From Candidatus Omnitrophota bacterium (lineage in GTDB: Bacteria; Omnitrophota; Gorgyraeia; Duberdicusellales; 4484-171), in the NCBI GenBank assembly GCA_020352775.1, contig CP070684.1, positions 1,198,795-1,260,801 of the forward strand: a DNA stretch of 62,007 bases. The letters run 5' to 3'. Position 1 is the first letter of the stretch. Each line of letters begins with the position of its first letter. A model generated the notes under the pieces. It was given only the letters and a program-made list of their open reading frames with translations, made no database searches and was not told where the DNA came from. Below, one piece after another: positions 45,730-54,449 of the stretch. A program made the position numbers and the translations under genes.

Positions 45730-46347
45730 ATGAGAAAGACAGAATTAAAAAGAAGGACTAACGAAGTAGATATCACAGGCTCCTTTAACATCGACGGAGC
45801 AGGAAAAGCTAAAATAACAACAGAGCTTGAGCCCCTTAATCATTTGCTTACTTTATTCGCTTTTCATGGATTATTTGATTTAGAGCTTAATGCCCAGGGC
45901 GATTTGCAGCACCATATCGTTGAAGATGTCGGTATTGCAATGGGCAAAGCCTTTAAAGAGGCGCTGGGCGAAAAGCAGGGCATTAGTCGCTATGGCAATT
46001 TTACGGTGGCTATGGATAAGGTTGCGGTTGAAGTTGCGCTTGATATTAGCGGCAGGCCCTCTTTGCACAGAGAGATTTCCACCATCGAAGAGGCGAAAGT
46101 ATCACAGGTTTTGCAAGAGGAAACGTTTGACGATACAAATTTTAATTTTAGACACGCCGAGGAGTTCTTGGAAGCATTCCTTCAGCATGCCGGTATAAGC
46201 CTGATTTACATAGTTAAGGCCGGTGACGGCGATTTACATCATCTTCTGGAAGCATTGTTTAAAGCGTTTGGGAAAGCATTAGACCAGGCCACTCAGATAG
46301 ATCCCCGTAGAAAGGGGGTTCCTTCCACGAAGGGAATAATAGATTAA
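45730..46347 (+). CDS. hisB: imidazoleglycerol-phosphate dehydratase (monofunctional, divergent)
   Basis: QHHIVEDVGIAMG and LHHLLEALFKAFGKAL match the two HH-x2-E metal motifs, and the C-terminus is VPSTKG. There is no HAD phosphatase domain, and several flanking conserved positions differ. Confidence 0.75.
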   Translation: MRKTELKRRTNEVDITGSFNIDGAGKAKITTELEPLNHLLTLFAFHGLFDLELNAQGDLQHHIVEDVGIAMGKAFKEALGEKQGISRYGNFTVAMDKVAVEVALDISGRPSLHREISTIEEAKVSQVLQEETFDDTNFNFRHAEEFLEAFLQHAGISLIYIVKAGDGDLHHLLEALFKAFGKALDQATQIDPRRKGVPSTKGIID

Positions 46348-46390
46348 TATTTAAAATCTAAGGGCAAAAAGTTTTGTCAGCGAAAGAGCT

Positions 46391-47017
46391 ATGATTGTTA
46401 TCGTTGATTACGGAATGGGGAATTTAAGGAGTGTGGAGAAAGCAGGCCTGTTTCTGGGTAAAGCGCTGCGTGTGACTTCATCTAGGCGGGTAATTGAAAA
46501 AGCAAAAAAAATAATCTTTCCCGGGGTCGGTCATTTTGGCGAAGCCGTAAAAGAACTTAAAGCTAGAAATATATTTGATGTTTTAATCAAGCAGATTAAA
46601 AGAGGGATTCCTTTTTTGGGGATTTGTCTGGGGATGCAATTATTGCTTGAGGAATCTGAAGAGGCTCCTTCAGTCAAAGGGTTAGCTGTTTTAAGAGGTA
46701 AGGTCAAAAGGTTTAAAAAACAAGGGTTAATTGTTCCTCAGATGGGATGGAATAATGTGAAAATTAAACCTGCCTGCCGGCAGGCAGGGACCAAAAAAGA
46801 AAATATATTTAAAGGGATTAAAGATGAGAGTATGTTTTATTTTGCCCAATCTTATTATTGTGAGCCAAAAGACAAAAAGGTGGTAGCTGCTACTACTTAT
46901 TATGGGATAGAATATGCCTCTTCATTGCACAAAGACAATGTCTGGGCAGTACAGTTTCATCCTGAAAAAAGCCAGAGCTTAGGCCTAAAGATTTTTAATA
47001 ATTTTCTTAAGCTATGA
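46391..47017 (+). CDS. hisH: imidazole glycerol phosphate synthase, glutaminase subunit
   Basis: Class I GATase with PGVGHFG, LGICLGMQLL (nucleophile Cys) and VQFHPEKS. Confidence 0.9.
   Translation: MIVIVDYGMGNLRSVEKAGLFLGKALRVTSSRRVIEKAKKIIFPGVGHFGEAVKELKARNIFDVLIKQIKRGIPFLGICLGMQLLLEESEEAPSVKGLAVLRGKVKRFKKQGLIVPQMGWNNVKIKPACRQAGTKKENIFKGIKDESMFYFAQSYYCEPKDKKVVAATTYYGIEYASSLHKDNVWAVQFHPEKSQSLGLKIFNNFLKL
46769..46788. repeat. perfect 20-bp GC-rich palindrome CCTGCCTGCCGGCAGGCAGG inside hisH
   Basis: Read directly from the sequence. It encodes PACRQAG in a loop between the GWN motif and the FKGI segment. Confidence 0.9.
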
Positions 47018-47730
47018 AAATAATACCAGCTATTGATTTATGGGAAGGCAAAGTGGTGCGCTTGGTGCGCGGCGATCCCAATCTGTCTACGGTTTATAGT
47101 CAGGATCCTTTAAGTATCGCAAAGAAATGGGCAGCTGAAGGTGCTCAAATTATGCATCTGGTTGATTTATCTGCAGCATTGGCAAAAAGCGATAACATGG
47201 AAATTATCGAGGAAATCATAAAAGAGGTTAAGGTTCCTATTGAGGTCGGCGGGGGTATCCGTACCATTGAAAGAGCAAAGAGGCTGATATCCTTGGGTGC
47301 CGAGCGCATAATAGTGGGGACAAAGAGCACTGACGAAGAGTTTCTGGATAAGCTATTAGCAAATGTAGATAAAACCAAAGTGGCAGTTAGTGTGGATTTA
47401 ATCGAAGATCGCCTTGCGGTTGAGGGCTGGAAGTTGCGTACGAACATTAAGGGTAATGACTTTATTAATTACCTGAGAGAAAAAGGCCTGGAGTGGATAA
47501 TATATACTGATATTTCCCGCGACGGCACCTTAGAAGGTCCTAATATTGACAGAATAAAGAGCCTAGGGCAAATTCCCGGTTTAAGTTTCATTATTTCGGG
47601 AGGAATTTCAAGCCTTGATGATATAAAAAGACTACAAAAAGAAGCTTCTTTTGTCTGGGGAGTGATCGTTGGAAAGGCCCTCTATGAGGGGGTTTTTAGC
47701 CTTCCAGAGGCAATTTTCAGTGCCTCATAA
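47014..47730 (+). CDS. hisA: 1-(5-phosphoribosyl)-5-[(5-phosphoribosylamino)methylideneamino]imidazole-4-carboxamide isomerase
   Basis: IIPAIDL, GKVVRLVRGD, VGGGIR, DISRDGTL and SGGISS. ATGA overlap with hisH. Confidence 0.9.
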   Translation: MKIIPAIDLWEGKVVRLVRGDPNLSTVYSQDPLSIAKKWAAEGAQIMHLVDLSAALAKSDNMEIIEEIIKEVKVPIEVGGGIRTIERAKRLISLGAERIIVGTKSTDEEFLDKLLANVDKTKVAVSVDLIEDRLAVEGWKLRTNIKGNDFINYLREKGLEWIIYTDISRDGTLEGPNIDRIKSLGQIPGLSFIISGGISSLDDIKRLQKEASFVWGVIVGKALYEGVFSLPEAIFSAS

Positions 47731-47782
47731 TTCCTTTTACAGTTTTCCCCTCTTGTAGTAAAATATATACCTGCCTAGAAAG

Positions 47783-48166
47783 ATGAGAAAAGCCCTCACA
47801 TTAATTCAACTTATTGTCGAAATTACGGTATTAGCGATTTTGATAATACCGACCGCTTTATTTCTAGGAGAGCTTTCTAAAAATGCCGCTAAAACAGAGG
47901 TTAATTCTATAGCTACTTCTCTTTGTGTTCAGAAAACAGAAGAGATTCTTACCAACTATGATTTTGATACTGTCACGGCTAGTTCTGGCAATTTCAATAG
48001 TCCTTACCAAGACTATGCTTACCAGGTTAATGTGCAATATGTGGATGGTGAGAACGGTAATTTAGACAATGTAGTTGCTTTATCAGGGTATAAGAAGGTA
48101 ACTATTACTATTTCGCACTCAGCTATTCCTGATGTGGTAACAGATTTATTGTTTACGGATACATAG
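47783..48166 (+). CDS. pseudopilin-like protein with degenerate prepilin N-terminus
   Basis: MRKALTLIQLIVEITVLAILI resembles a class III signal, but has Ala at -1 and Gln instead of Glu at +5. Small beta-rich C-terminal domain (GspI-like size). Confidence 0.45.
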   Translation: MRKALTLIQLIVEITVLAILIIPTALFLGELSKNAAKTEVNSIATSLCVQKTEEILTNYDFDTVTASSGNFNSPYQDYAYQVNVQYVDGENGNLDNVVALSGYKKVTITISHSAIPDVVTDLLFTDT

Positions 48167-48177
48167 AAGAATCTAAA

Positions 48178-48675
48178 ATGAAGAAAAGTTTTACATTTAT
48201 TGAGCTTGCGATCACTATCATTGTGCTGGGAATACTGGCATTGGTGGCGATACATCCTTTAGTGGGGTTTTACAATTTATGGTCATTCAGCAATTACAAA
48301 ATGGAGATACTCTGGGGGGCGACGACACTTATTCAGGATATGGCTAAGAATATGAGAATGACCAAAGACAAAACTAGCATTTATACCGCAACCGCGACCC
48401 ACTTTGAATTTGACATCGAAAATCCTTCTGGAGGCACAACAAGGATTCGCTATCAGTTAGCCGGAGATAAGCTCTACAAAAATGGTAATGTTTTTATGGA
48501 TAGCATAGACTCTCTTTCCTTCGCTTATTATGACAGCAGTGACAATTTAATCGCTTCCCCCCTTGTCTCTCCCAATAAGACCGACATCCGCTCAGTTGAG
48601 ATAGATTTGACTTTAACCAGTGGCACAGAGACAGTTTCATTAAAATCCAAGATACAATGTAGGAATTTAAGCTAA
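48178..48675 (+). CDS. prepilin-type N-terminal cleavage/methylation domain protein (minor pseudopilin, GspJ/PilW-like)
   Basis: MKKSFTFIELAITIIVLGILALVAI has the FTxIE motif with Glu at +5. C-terminal pattern SLSFAYYDSSDN...IRSVEIDLTL is reminiscent of GspJ-type minor pilins. Confidence 0.65.
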   Translation: MKKSFTFIELAITIIVLGILALVAIHPLVGFYNLWSFSNYKMEILWGATTLIQDMAKNMRMTKDKTSIYTATATHFEFDIENPSGGTTRIRYQLAGDKLYKNGNVFMDSIDSLSFAYYDSSDNLIASPLVSPNKTDIRSVEIDLTLTSGTETVSLKSKIQCRNLS

Positions 48676-48745
48676 AGAGATCCCTTTAGCGAGGTTAAGG
48701 AAATTTCTTGGATGCCCAAGGATTTGGGCCAAATCCATAATCTTA

Positions 48746-48773
48746 TTGACAATTTTAAAATATATGGTATAAA
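48746..48773 (+). promoter_or_regulatory. candidate rplM promoter: TTGACA, 16-nt spacer, extended -10 TGgTATAAA
   Basis: TTGACA at 48746..48751, TG at 48765..48766 and TATAAA at 48768..48773. Confidence 0.5.
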
Positions 48774-48813
48774 AGACAATCTCTGCACCTAAAATAAAGA
48801 GGAGTTTAGCAAG

Positions 48814-49239
48814 GTGAAAAAGACAAAATTTTTCAATGCAGAAAAGCGAAATTGGGTGCTTATTGACGCCAAAGATAAGGTTTTGGGTCGTCTTTCTACC
48901 CGCATCGCAAAGATTCTGCAAGGCAAAAACAAGCCCACTTATAGCCCCAATTTTCTATGTGGGGATAAAGTGGTAGTGGTGAATGTTAAGTACTTAAGAT
49001 TTACAGGTAAAAAGCTAGATGAGAAAGTATACGATAAGTATACCCGATATCACAATGGAAGAAAGGAAATTACTTTAAAGCGTTTAGCAGAAAAAAACCC
49101 TTCAAAGATTTTGTATCTGGCGGTGAAAGGAATGTTACCCAGAAACAAACTAGGCGCACAGATGCTTAAGTCATTGAAGATTTATCCGCAAGGCGAATAT
49201 TCACAAACCGCACAGAATCCACAAAAATTAGAGGTTTAA
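48814..49239 (+). CDS. rplM: 50S ribosomal protein L13
   Basis: Canonical L13 N-terminus (WVLIDAKDKVLGRLST..IA..L.GK). GTG start with an AGAGGAG RBS. Confidence 0.95.
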   Translation: MKKTKFFNAEKRNWVLIDAKDKVLGRLSTRIAKILQGKNKPTYSPNFLCGDKVVVVNVKYLRFTGKKLDEKVYDKYTRYHNGRKEITLKRLAEKNPSKILYLAVKGMLPRNKLGAQMLKSLKIYPQGEYSQTAQNPQKLEV

Positions 49240-49241
49240 AA

Positions 49242-49643
49242 ATGGTTGAGAAAAAAGAATCAATTTCAGCTACTGGAAGAAGAAAAGAAGCCGTTGCCCG
49301 CGTAAGAGTTGCTCTTGGGGGCGAGGGCAAAATTGTTGTAAATGGAAGAGAATTCACTGATTATTTTACCACCGTCGATCAGCGAATGCTGGTTAAAAGA
49401 CCTCTTGTGATCACCGAGACCGATGAAAAGATTGATGTATTTGCCGACGTAAACGGAGGCGGTGTGAGTGGCCAGGCAGGAGCGCTCAGTTTGGGGATTG
49501 CTCGCTGTCTGGTGGAATGGAATCCTCAGTTAAGAGCAACCCTTAGAAGAGAGGACCTTCTTACACGTGACCCTCGCGCAAAAGAGAGAAAAAAATACGG
49601 TCGCAAAGGTGCTCGCCGCAGATTCCAGTGGACTAAGCGATAA
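49242..49643 (+). CDS. rpsI: 30S ribosomal protein S9
   Basis: GTGRRKEAVARV, GGGVSGQAGA and the C-terminal RRFQWTKR. Confidence 0.95.
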   Translation: MVEKKESISATGRRKEAVARVRVALGGEGKIVVNGREFTDYFTTVDQRMLVKRPLVITETDEKIDVFADVNGGGVSGQAGALSLGIARCLVEWNPQLRATLRREDLLTRDPRAKERKKYGRKGARRRFQWTKR

Positions 49644-49737
49644 TAGCCGCTAGTTTCACGTCAAAAGTCTCAGTTTTTAGCTTACTCCTAACGGACAATT
49701 TAGGCCTTTTAGTTTCTGGCCTCTAGCTTGAAAATGC

Positions 49738-49766
49738 TTGACATTTATAGCCTTATGCGTTAATTT
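49738..49766 (+). promoter_or_regulatory. candidate ribBA promoter: TTGACA, 17-nt spacer, TAATTT
   Basis: TTGACA at 49738..49743 and TAATTT at 49761..49766. ATG 49775 is 8 nt downstream with no Shine-Dalgarno. Confidence 0.4.
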
Positions 49767-49774
49767 AAATTACC

Positions 49775-50962
49775 ATGTTCAGTCCCATAGAAGAAATTAT
49801 TAAAGATGCCAGGGCAGGAAAGCCCGTTATTGTAGTTGATGACGAGGCACGGGAAAACGAAGGGGATTTAGTAGTCGCTGCCCAGTTCGGGAGCCCTGAA
49901 ATCGTTAATTTTATGATTAAAGAGGGGCGGGGGTTAGTGTGTGTTCCCTTGACAAGGGAGAGAATCGAGGAGTTGGGCCTAGAGGAAATGTATCCGGCGG
50001 CAAACAAAGACCCTTTTAAGACTGCCTGGAGAGTATCGGTAGATGCCGCTACAGGTATTACTACTGGAATTTCTGCTTTTGACCGCGCACGCACCATCGA
50101 GGCTTTAATTAATCCCCGAAGCAGGCCCCAAGATTTTATTAAGCCCGGACATCTGTTTCCCTTAGAAGCAAAAGAAGGCGGAGTATTGGTAAGGGCTGGA
50201 CACACGGAAGCTGCCATAGATTTAGCAAGATTAGCGGGACTTTATCCTGCAGGAGTAATTTGTGAGATTATTAATGAAGATGGTTCCATGGCCCGCCTAC
50301 CCAGTCTTTTGGAATTTTCCCGCAAGCATAATTTAAAAATATGTACCATTGCTTCTTTAATCCAATATCGCCGGACTAAAGAGAAATTGGTAAAAAAGAT
50401 AGAAGAAGTAAATCTACCCACTGAATACGGTGATTTTACTATGTGTCTCTATGAGTCTCTTATAGATTCAAGCGCGCATATTGCTTTAGTTAAAGGAGAG
50501 GTTAAAGATGAGCCGGTTTTGGTAAGGGTACATTCGGAGTGCTTGACCGGAGATGCGCTCCTATCGCGTCGCTGTGACTGTGGTAATCAACTTAGCCGTG
50601 CTTTGGAAATTATTTCAAAAGAAGGCGGCATTCTTCTTTATATGCGCCAGGAAGGAAGAGGCATTGGGCTTAAAAATAAAATACGCGCCTATGGCCTGCA
50701 GGATAAAGGGGCCGATACTGTCCAAGCCAATGAACTATTAGGTTTTCCCGCAGACTTAAGAGATTATGGTATTGGAGCTCAAATGTTAGTAGATTTAGGG
50801 GTGAAAAAAATAAGACTTCTTACTAATAATCCTAAGAAGGTCATTGGATTAGAAGGATATGGTCTAGAAATCGTTGAACGCCTGCCGCTAACAGTAAAGT
50901 CTTGCAGCCACAACCATAAGTATCTGATGACGAAAAAGAAAAAGTTAGGCCATATATTATAA
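49775..50962 (+). CDS. ribBA: bifunctional 3,4-dihydroxy-2-butanone-4-phosphate synthase / GTP cyclohydrolase II
   Basis: DHBP synthase motifs [13 protein letters not shown] and RAGHTEA. GCH-II zinc site SECLTGDA...RCDCG. Confidence 0.95.
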   Translation: MFSPIEEIIKDARAGKPVIVVDDEARENEGDLVVAAQFGSPEIVNFMIKEGRGLVCVPLTRERIEELGLEEMYPAANKDPFKTAWRVSVDAATGITTGISAFDRARTIEALINPRSRPQDFIKPGHLFPLEAKEGGVLVRAGHTEAAIDLARLAGLYPAGVICEIINEDGSMARLPSLLEFSRKHNLKICTIASLIQYRRTKEKLVKKIEEVNLPTEYGDFTMCLYESLIDSSAHIALVKGEVKDEPVLVRVHSECLTGDALLSRRCDCGNQLSRALEIISKEGGILLYMRQEGRGIGLKNKIRAYGLQDKGADTVQANELLGFPADLRDYGIGAQMLVDLGVKKIRLLTNNPKKVIGLEGYGLEIVERLPLTVKSCSHNHKYLMTKKKKLGHIL

Positions 50963-50979
50963 AAAACAGGAGGGATAAG

Positions 50980-51438
50980 ATGAAAGAAATGAGAGGAAAT
51001 TTTTCAGGTAAGGGTAAAAAAATTACAGTGGTAATTTCTCGCTTTAACGAATTCATCTCAAGCCAGCTAATTGAGGGGTGTGTGGATACCCTTAAGAAAA
51101 GCGGAGTCGCTGATGCAGATATCAGTGTGATTTGGACTCCGGGTTCATTTGAAATTCCGCAAGTCATAAGTAAGCTCGATACTGCAAAGAGTGATGCTAT
51201 AATCGCACTGGGAGCAGTGATAAGGGGCGATACACCTCATTTTGATTATATTGCCAGTGAAGTGGCAAAAGGCATTGCACAGCTTTCTTTGAGTAAAAAG
51301 ATTCCGATTGTGTTTGGCGTGATTACCGCTGATACATTGGAGCAAGCCATTGAGAGAGCAGGAACAAAGCAGGGTAATAAAGGTAGAGACGCTGCGTTAA
51401 CAGCATTAGAGATGGCCACCCTCTATTCTCAGATTTAA
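50980..51438 (+). CDS. ribH: 6,7-dimethyl-8-ribityllumazine synthase
   Basis: ITVVISRFNEFI, PGSFEIP, GAVIRGDTPHFDYI and VFGVIT. Confidence 0.95.
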   Translation: MKEMRGNFSGKGKKITVVISRFNEFISSQLIEGCVDTLKKSGVADADISVIWTPGSFEIPQVISKLDTAKSDAIIALGAVIRGDTPHFDYIASEVAKGIAQLSLSKKIPIVFGVITADTLEQAIERAGTKQGNKGRDAALTALEMATLYSQI

Positions 51439-51499
51439 CTTTTAGTTAATTTAACCTTGATCTTGCCTTTTTGTAGGCAAAAGCTAACTTTGACAATTA

Positions 51500-51949
51500 A
51501 TGAGACTACGGTCAAAAGCACGAGAAGTCGCATTACACCTTCTTTATCAGATAGAGCTTTCTAAAGCAGACTACGATAAAGCCTTCCAAGCCTATCTTGA
51601 AAATCATCCCCAACGACAAGAAGTAGTTGATTTTTCCCTTTCTCTTTTTGAGGGAGTGGTGAAAAATTTAAAATTTATTGACGAGCTGATTAAAAAAAGC
51701 GTAAAGAACTGGGAAATTGAGAGGATGGCGGTTATTGATCGTAATATCCTAAGAATTGCCTGTTTTGAGCTGTATTTTTTAGAAGAAATACCTCCCAAGG
51801 TTTCTATTAATGAAGCAATAGAGTTGGCTAAACGTTTCGGAGATTTGGATTCTCCTCGTTTTGTTAACGGGGTGCTGGACAAAATATATAAGACAGAAAC
51901 AAAAAAAGGTAAACTTGAGCAACAAGGGTCTAAAGATGCAGACAGTTAA
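51500..51949 (+). CDS. nusB: transcription antitermination factor NusB
   Basis: RSKAREVALHLLYQ, W..ERM..IDRNILR and INEAIELAKRFG. Conserved position after ribH. Confidence 0.9.
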   Translation: MRLRSKAREVALHLLYQIELSKADYDKAFQAYLENHPQRQEVVDFSLSLFEGVVKNLKFIDELIKKSVKNWEIERMAVIDRNILRIACFELYFLEEIPPKVSINEAIELAKRFGDLDSPRFVNGVLDKIYKTETKKGKLEQQGSKDADS

Positions 51950-52784
51950 AAATTGTGACCTTCACATCCATTCTAATTTTTCCGATAGCGATATTAGCGT
52001 AAGAGAGATTTTTAAGCGCGCTCGTGATGCAAGATTAAGCTGCATCTCAATCACTGATCACGATACCATAGAGGGAATAGAGGAGGCTAGAAGATGCAGC
52101 GCTGAATTCGGTATAGAGTTAATCGAAGGAGTTGAGATAAGCTCTCAGTATGGCGATACCGAAGTGCACATTCTGGGATATTTTATTGATCCTGCCAATG
52201 AGAAATTAAGAAAAGAATTAAGCAAAATGAAAGGCTTAAGAACAGAGCGTCTTCTGGCAATGGCAGACAGATTAAATGCTTCAGGGATTAAAGTTGATAA
52301 AGAAGAGCTTCTTGCTAAAGTAGCGGGGGCGCTGCCTACCAGACTCCATTTAGGACTTTATCTTGTAGAAAAAGGAGTAGTTAAATCATTGCGGCAGGCA
52401 TTCAAAAAATATCTTTCTCCTCGCTGTAGTGTGTATGTGGCCCATTTTAGATTTCCAGTAAAACAAGCCATAAGCCTTATTAAAGAAAGTGGAGGCCTTG
52501 CGTTTTTAGCGCACCCTAATATACTCCCGGATCAGAGTTGGATAGAGAAATTCGCCGAAGAAGGACTGGATGGTATTGAGGTTAGGTACCCCCGGCTAAG
52601 CGCAGCAAAGATTGCACTTTATAGTAATATTGCGGCTCACTGCGGTCTTTTAAGGAGCGGAGGCTCAGACGCACACGGAACTTTTAAGGATTTTACTGCT
52701 GTGGGCGCGATTACTGTGCCTTATGAGTGGATAGAAAAAATGCGCATTGCTTTAGATGAGAGAAGATCTAGGAATGAAGTCTGA
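51936..52784 (+). CDS. PHP-domain metal-dependent phosphoesterase (TrpH/YciV-like)
   Basis: CDLHIHSNFSDSD, ISITDHDT, FLAHP and GGSDAHG metal-ligand motifs. ATG 51936 overlaps the nusB end by 14 nt. Confidence 0.8.
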   Translation: MQTVKNCDLHIHSNFSDSDISVREIFKRARDARLSCISITDHDTIEGIEEARRCSAEFGIELIEGVEISSQYGDTEVHILGYFIDPANEKLRKELSKMKGLRTERLLAMADRLNASGIKVDKEELLAKVAGALPTRLHLGLYLVEKGVVKSLRQAFKKYLSPRCSVYVAHFRFPVKQAISLIKESGGLAFLAHPNILPDQSWIEKFAEEGLDGIEVRYPRLSAAKIALYSNIAAHCGLLRSGGSDAHGTFKDFTAVGAITVPYEWIEKMRIALDERRSRNEV

Positions 52785-53850
52785 TGCATACTTTATAGAA
52801 AAAACCATTAATTTAGCCAAGAAGGCAGAAGGGTTTACCTCACCTAACCCCTTAGTTGGTGCAGTACTGGTTCGTAATAATAAGATTATTGCGCAAGGCT
52901 ACCATAAAAAAGCAGGCCTGCCACATGCTGAAATTGAAGCGATAAAAAGGGGAGGCTCTGAAGCAAAAGGAGCTACCCTTTATGTAAATTTAGAGCCCTG
53001 TTATCATTACGGGCGCACCCCTCCCTGTGTGGGTGGAATCATTAAAGCTGGGATAAAAAAAGTTGTGATTGCAACTTCTGACCCTAATCCCTTAGTAAAA
53101 GGTAAATCAATGCGTAAATTAAAAAATGCAGGCATTGAGGTGAAACTGGGCCCATGCATTGATGAGGCAAAAAGACTCAATGAGGTATTTTTTAAAAATA
53201 TAAAAGAAAAAAGACCTTTTGTGGTAGCAAAGTTAGCGCAGACTTTAGACGGAAAGATTGCAACTAGAAGTGGCTCCTCTAAATGGATTACATCTGAAAA
53301 GGCAAGGCATTATGCCCGCAGCTTAAGAGATAAATACGATTGTGTATTAGTAGGGGTTAATACCGTAATAAATGATAATCCTCATCTTAATGGTCTTAAA
53401 AAAATCCCCCTTAAGGCAGTGATCGATCCTAGGGGGAGAATTTCTCATAATTCATATTTAGTTCGCAAAAACCCCCAGAAGCTTTTTCTTTTTACCTCTA
53501 GTACAAAAGGAAATAAGCTTAAAAATATACCTGCAAAAGTAAAAATTTTTAATTTGGATAAGAAAAAAGGTTTATTCAACCTCAAAGAATTATTAAGAAT
53601 TCTTTATGCCCGAGGAATAACTTCGGTATTTGTCGAAGGGGGCTCCCAGACCCTGGGCAGATTTTTTGACCAAAAATTAATAGATAAAATACACCTTTTT
53701 CTTGCCCCCAAAATTATGGGCGGTAAAGACTCTATCACTTCTATTGGAGCGAAAGGTTTTTCTTTAAAGAAATGCCCTGTTATTAAGGAAGTGAGCATTA
53801 AGCGAATTGGGCAGGATATTTTAATTTCAGGGTATCCGGTTTATAAATAA
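52774..53850 (+). CDS. ribD: bifunctional riboflavin biosynthesis deaminase/reductase
   Basis: Deaminase motifs HAEIEA and PCYHYGRTPPC plus a C-terminal reductase domain. ATG 52774 overlaps the PHP gene end by 11 nt. Confidence 0.9.
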   Translation: MKSDAYFIEKTINLAKKAEGFTSPNPLVGAVLVRNNKIIAQGYHKKAGLPHAEIEAIKRGGSEAKGATLYVNLEPCYHYGRTPPCVGGIIKAGIKKVVIATSDPNPLVKGKSMRKLKNAGIEVKLGPCIDEAKRLNEVFFKNIKEKRPFVVAKLAQTLDGKIATRSGSSKWITSEKARHYARSLRDKYDCVLVGVNTVINDNPHLNGLKKIPLKAVIDPRGRISHNSYLVRKNPQKLFLFTSSTKGNKLKNIPAKVKIFNLDKKKGLFNLKELLRILYARGITSVFVEGGSQTLGRFFDQKLIDKIHLFLAPKIMGGKDSITSIGAKGFSLKKCPVIKEVSIKRIGQDILISGYPVYK

Positions 53851-53864
53851 CACGTTAGTTAAAG

Positions 53865-54449
53865 ATGGCAAATGCTTTATATAATTTAATTATCAGGCGT
53901 CGCACCATAAGGCTATTTCGTCAAAGAGAAATATCTTTAGGAATAATTAAAAGAATAGTTAATGCTGCCCGTCTTGCGCCATCAGCCGCAAATTTTCAAT
54001 TTCTGGAATATCTGGTAATAACCAAACCAGATTTAAGAGAAAAGACTTTCCCTCACACCCGCTGGGGCGGCTATGTCTATCCCAAAAGAGTCCCTTCCAA
54101 AGAGAGAAGGCCAAGTGCTTATATCATTATTCTCATAAATAAAAGGAAGTCTGAAAAGCCTGACATTCGGGATGTGGGAGCTGCAGCAGAAAATATTCTT
54201 CTTACAGCCACTTCATTTAGTTTGGGTGGATGCTGGATAAAGTCATTAGAGAGGAGCCCTTTAAGAAAGACTTTAAAGATTCCTTCTCATTATATAATTG
54301 ATTCTCTTATTGCTTTAGGATATCCCGCAGAATCTCCTAAACTGGAAGAAGCTGATAACGTTAAGTATTGGCTTGATAAAAAGAATCGTTTGCATGTTCC
54401 CAAACGACCCCTCGAAAATATCACCCATTATAACAGCATAAAAAGATGA
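53865..54449 (+). CDS. nitroreductase family flavoprotein
   Basis: RRTIRLFRQ and APSAANFQ N-terminal motifs of the FMN-dependent nitroreductase fold. 194 aa. Confidence 0.8.
   Translation: MANALYNLIIRRRTIRLFRQREISLGIIKRIVNAARLAPSAANFQFLEYLVITKPDLREKTFPHTRWGGYVYPKRVPSKERRPSAYIIILINKRKSEKPDIRDVGAAAENILLTATSFSLGGCWIKSLERSPLRKTLKIPSHYIIDSLIALGYPAESPKLEEADNVKYWLDKKNRLHVPKRPLENITHYNSIKR

Noticed and set aside
45890-46198. 102-aa alternative-frame ORF inside hisB
   Set aside because: It is Arg/Leu-rich out-of-frame translation of hisB with no independent support.
48720-48736. 17-nt palindrome GGATTTGGgCCAAATCC downstream of the second pseudopilin gene as a terminator
   Set aside because: It is a short AT-rich stem with a 3-nt loop at best, followed by ataatcttatt rather than a clean T-run. 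It may be a weak terminator, but it is not callable from sequence alone.
49644-49774. FMN (RFN) riboswitch expected upstream of ribBA
   Set aside because: I looked for the conserved RFN core helices and sequence by eye and did not recognise them, so no riboswitch feature is called. This needs a covariance-model scan to be certain.
49765-50217. 150-aa ORF antisense to the 5' half of ribBA
   Set aside because: ribBA on the + strand has unambiguous conserved motifs. The antisense frame is low-complexity (Ser/Ala/Pro-rich), with no start context or family resemblance.
51463-51480. Hairpin TTGCCT-ttttgt-AGGCAA between ribH and nusB as a terminator or attenuator
   Set aside because: The stem is only 6 bp and no T-tract follows, so this is not enough to call a terminator.
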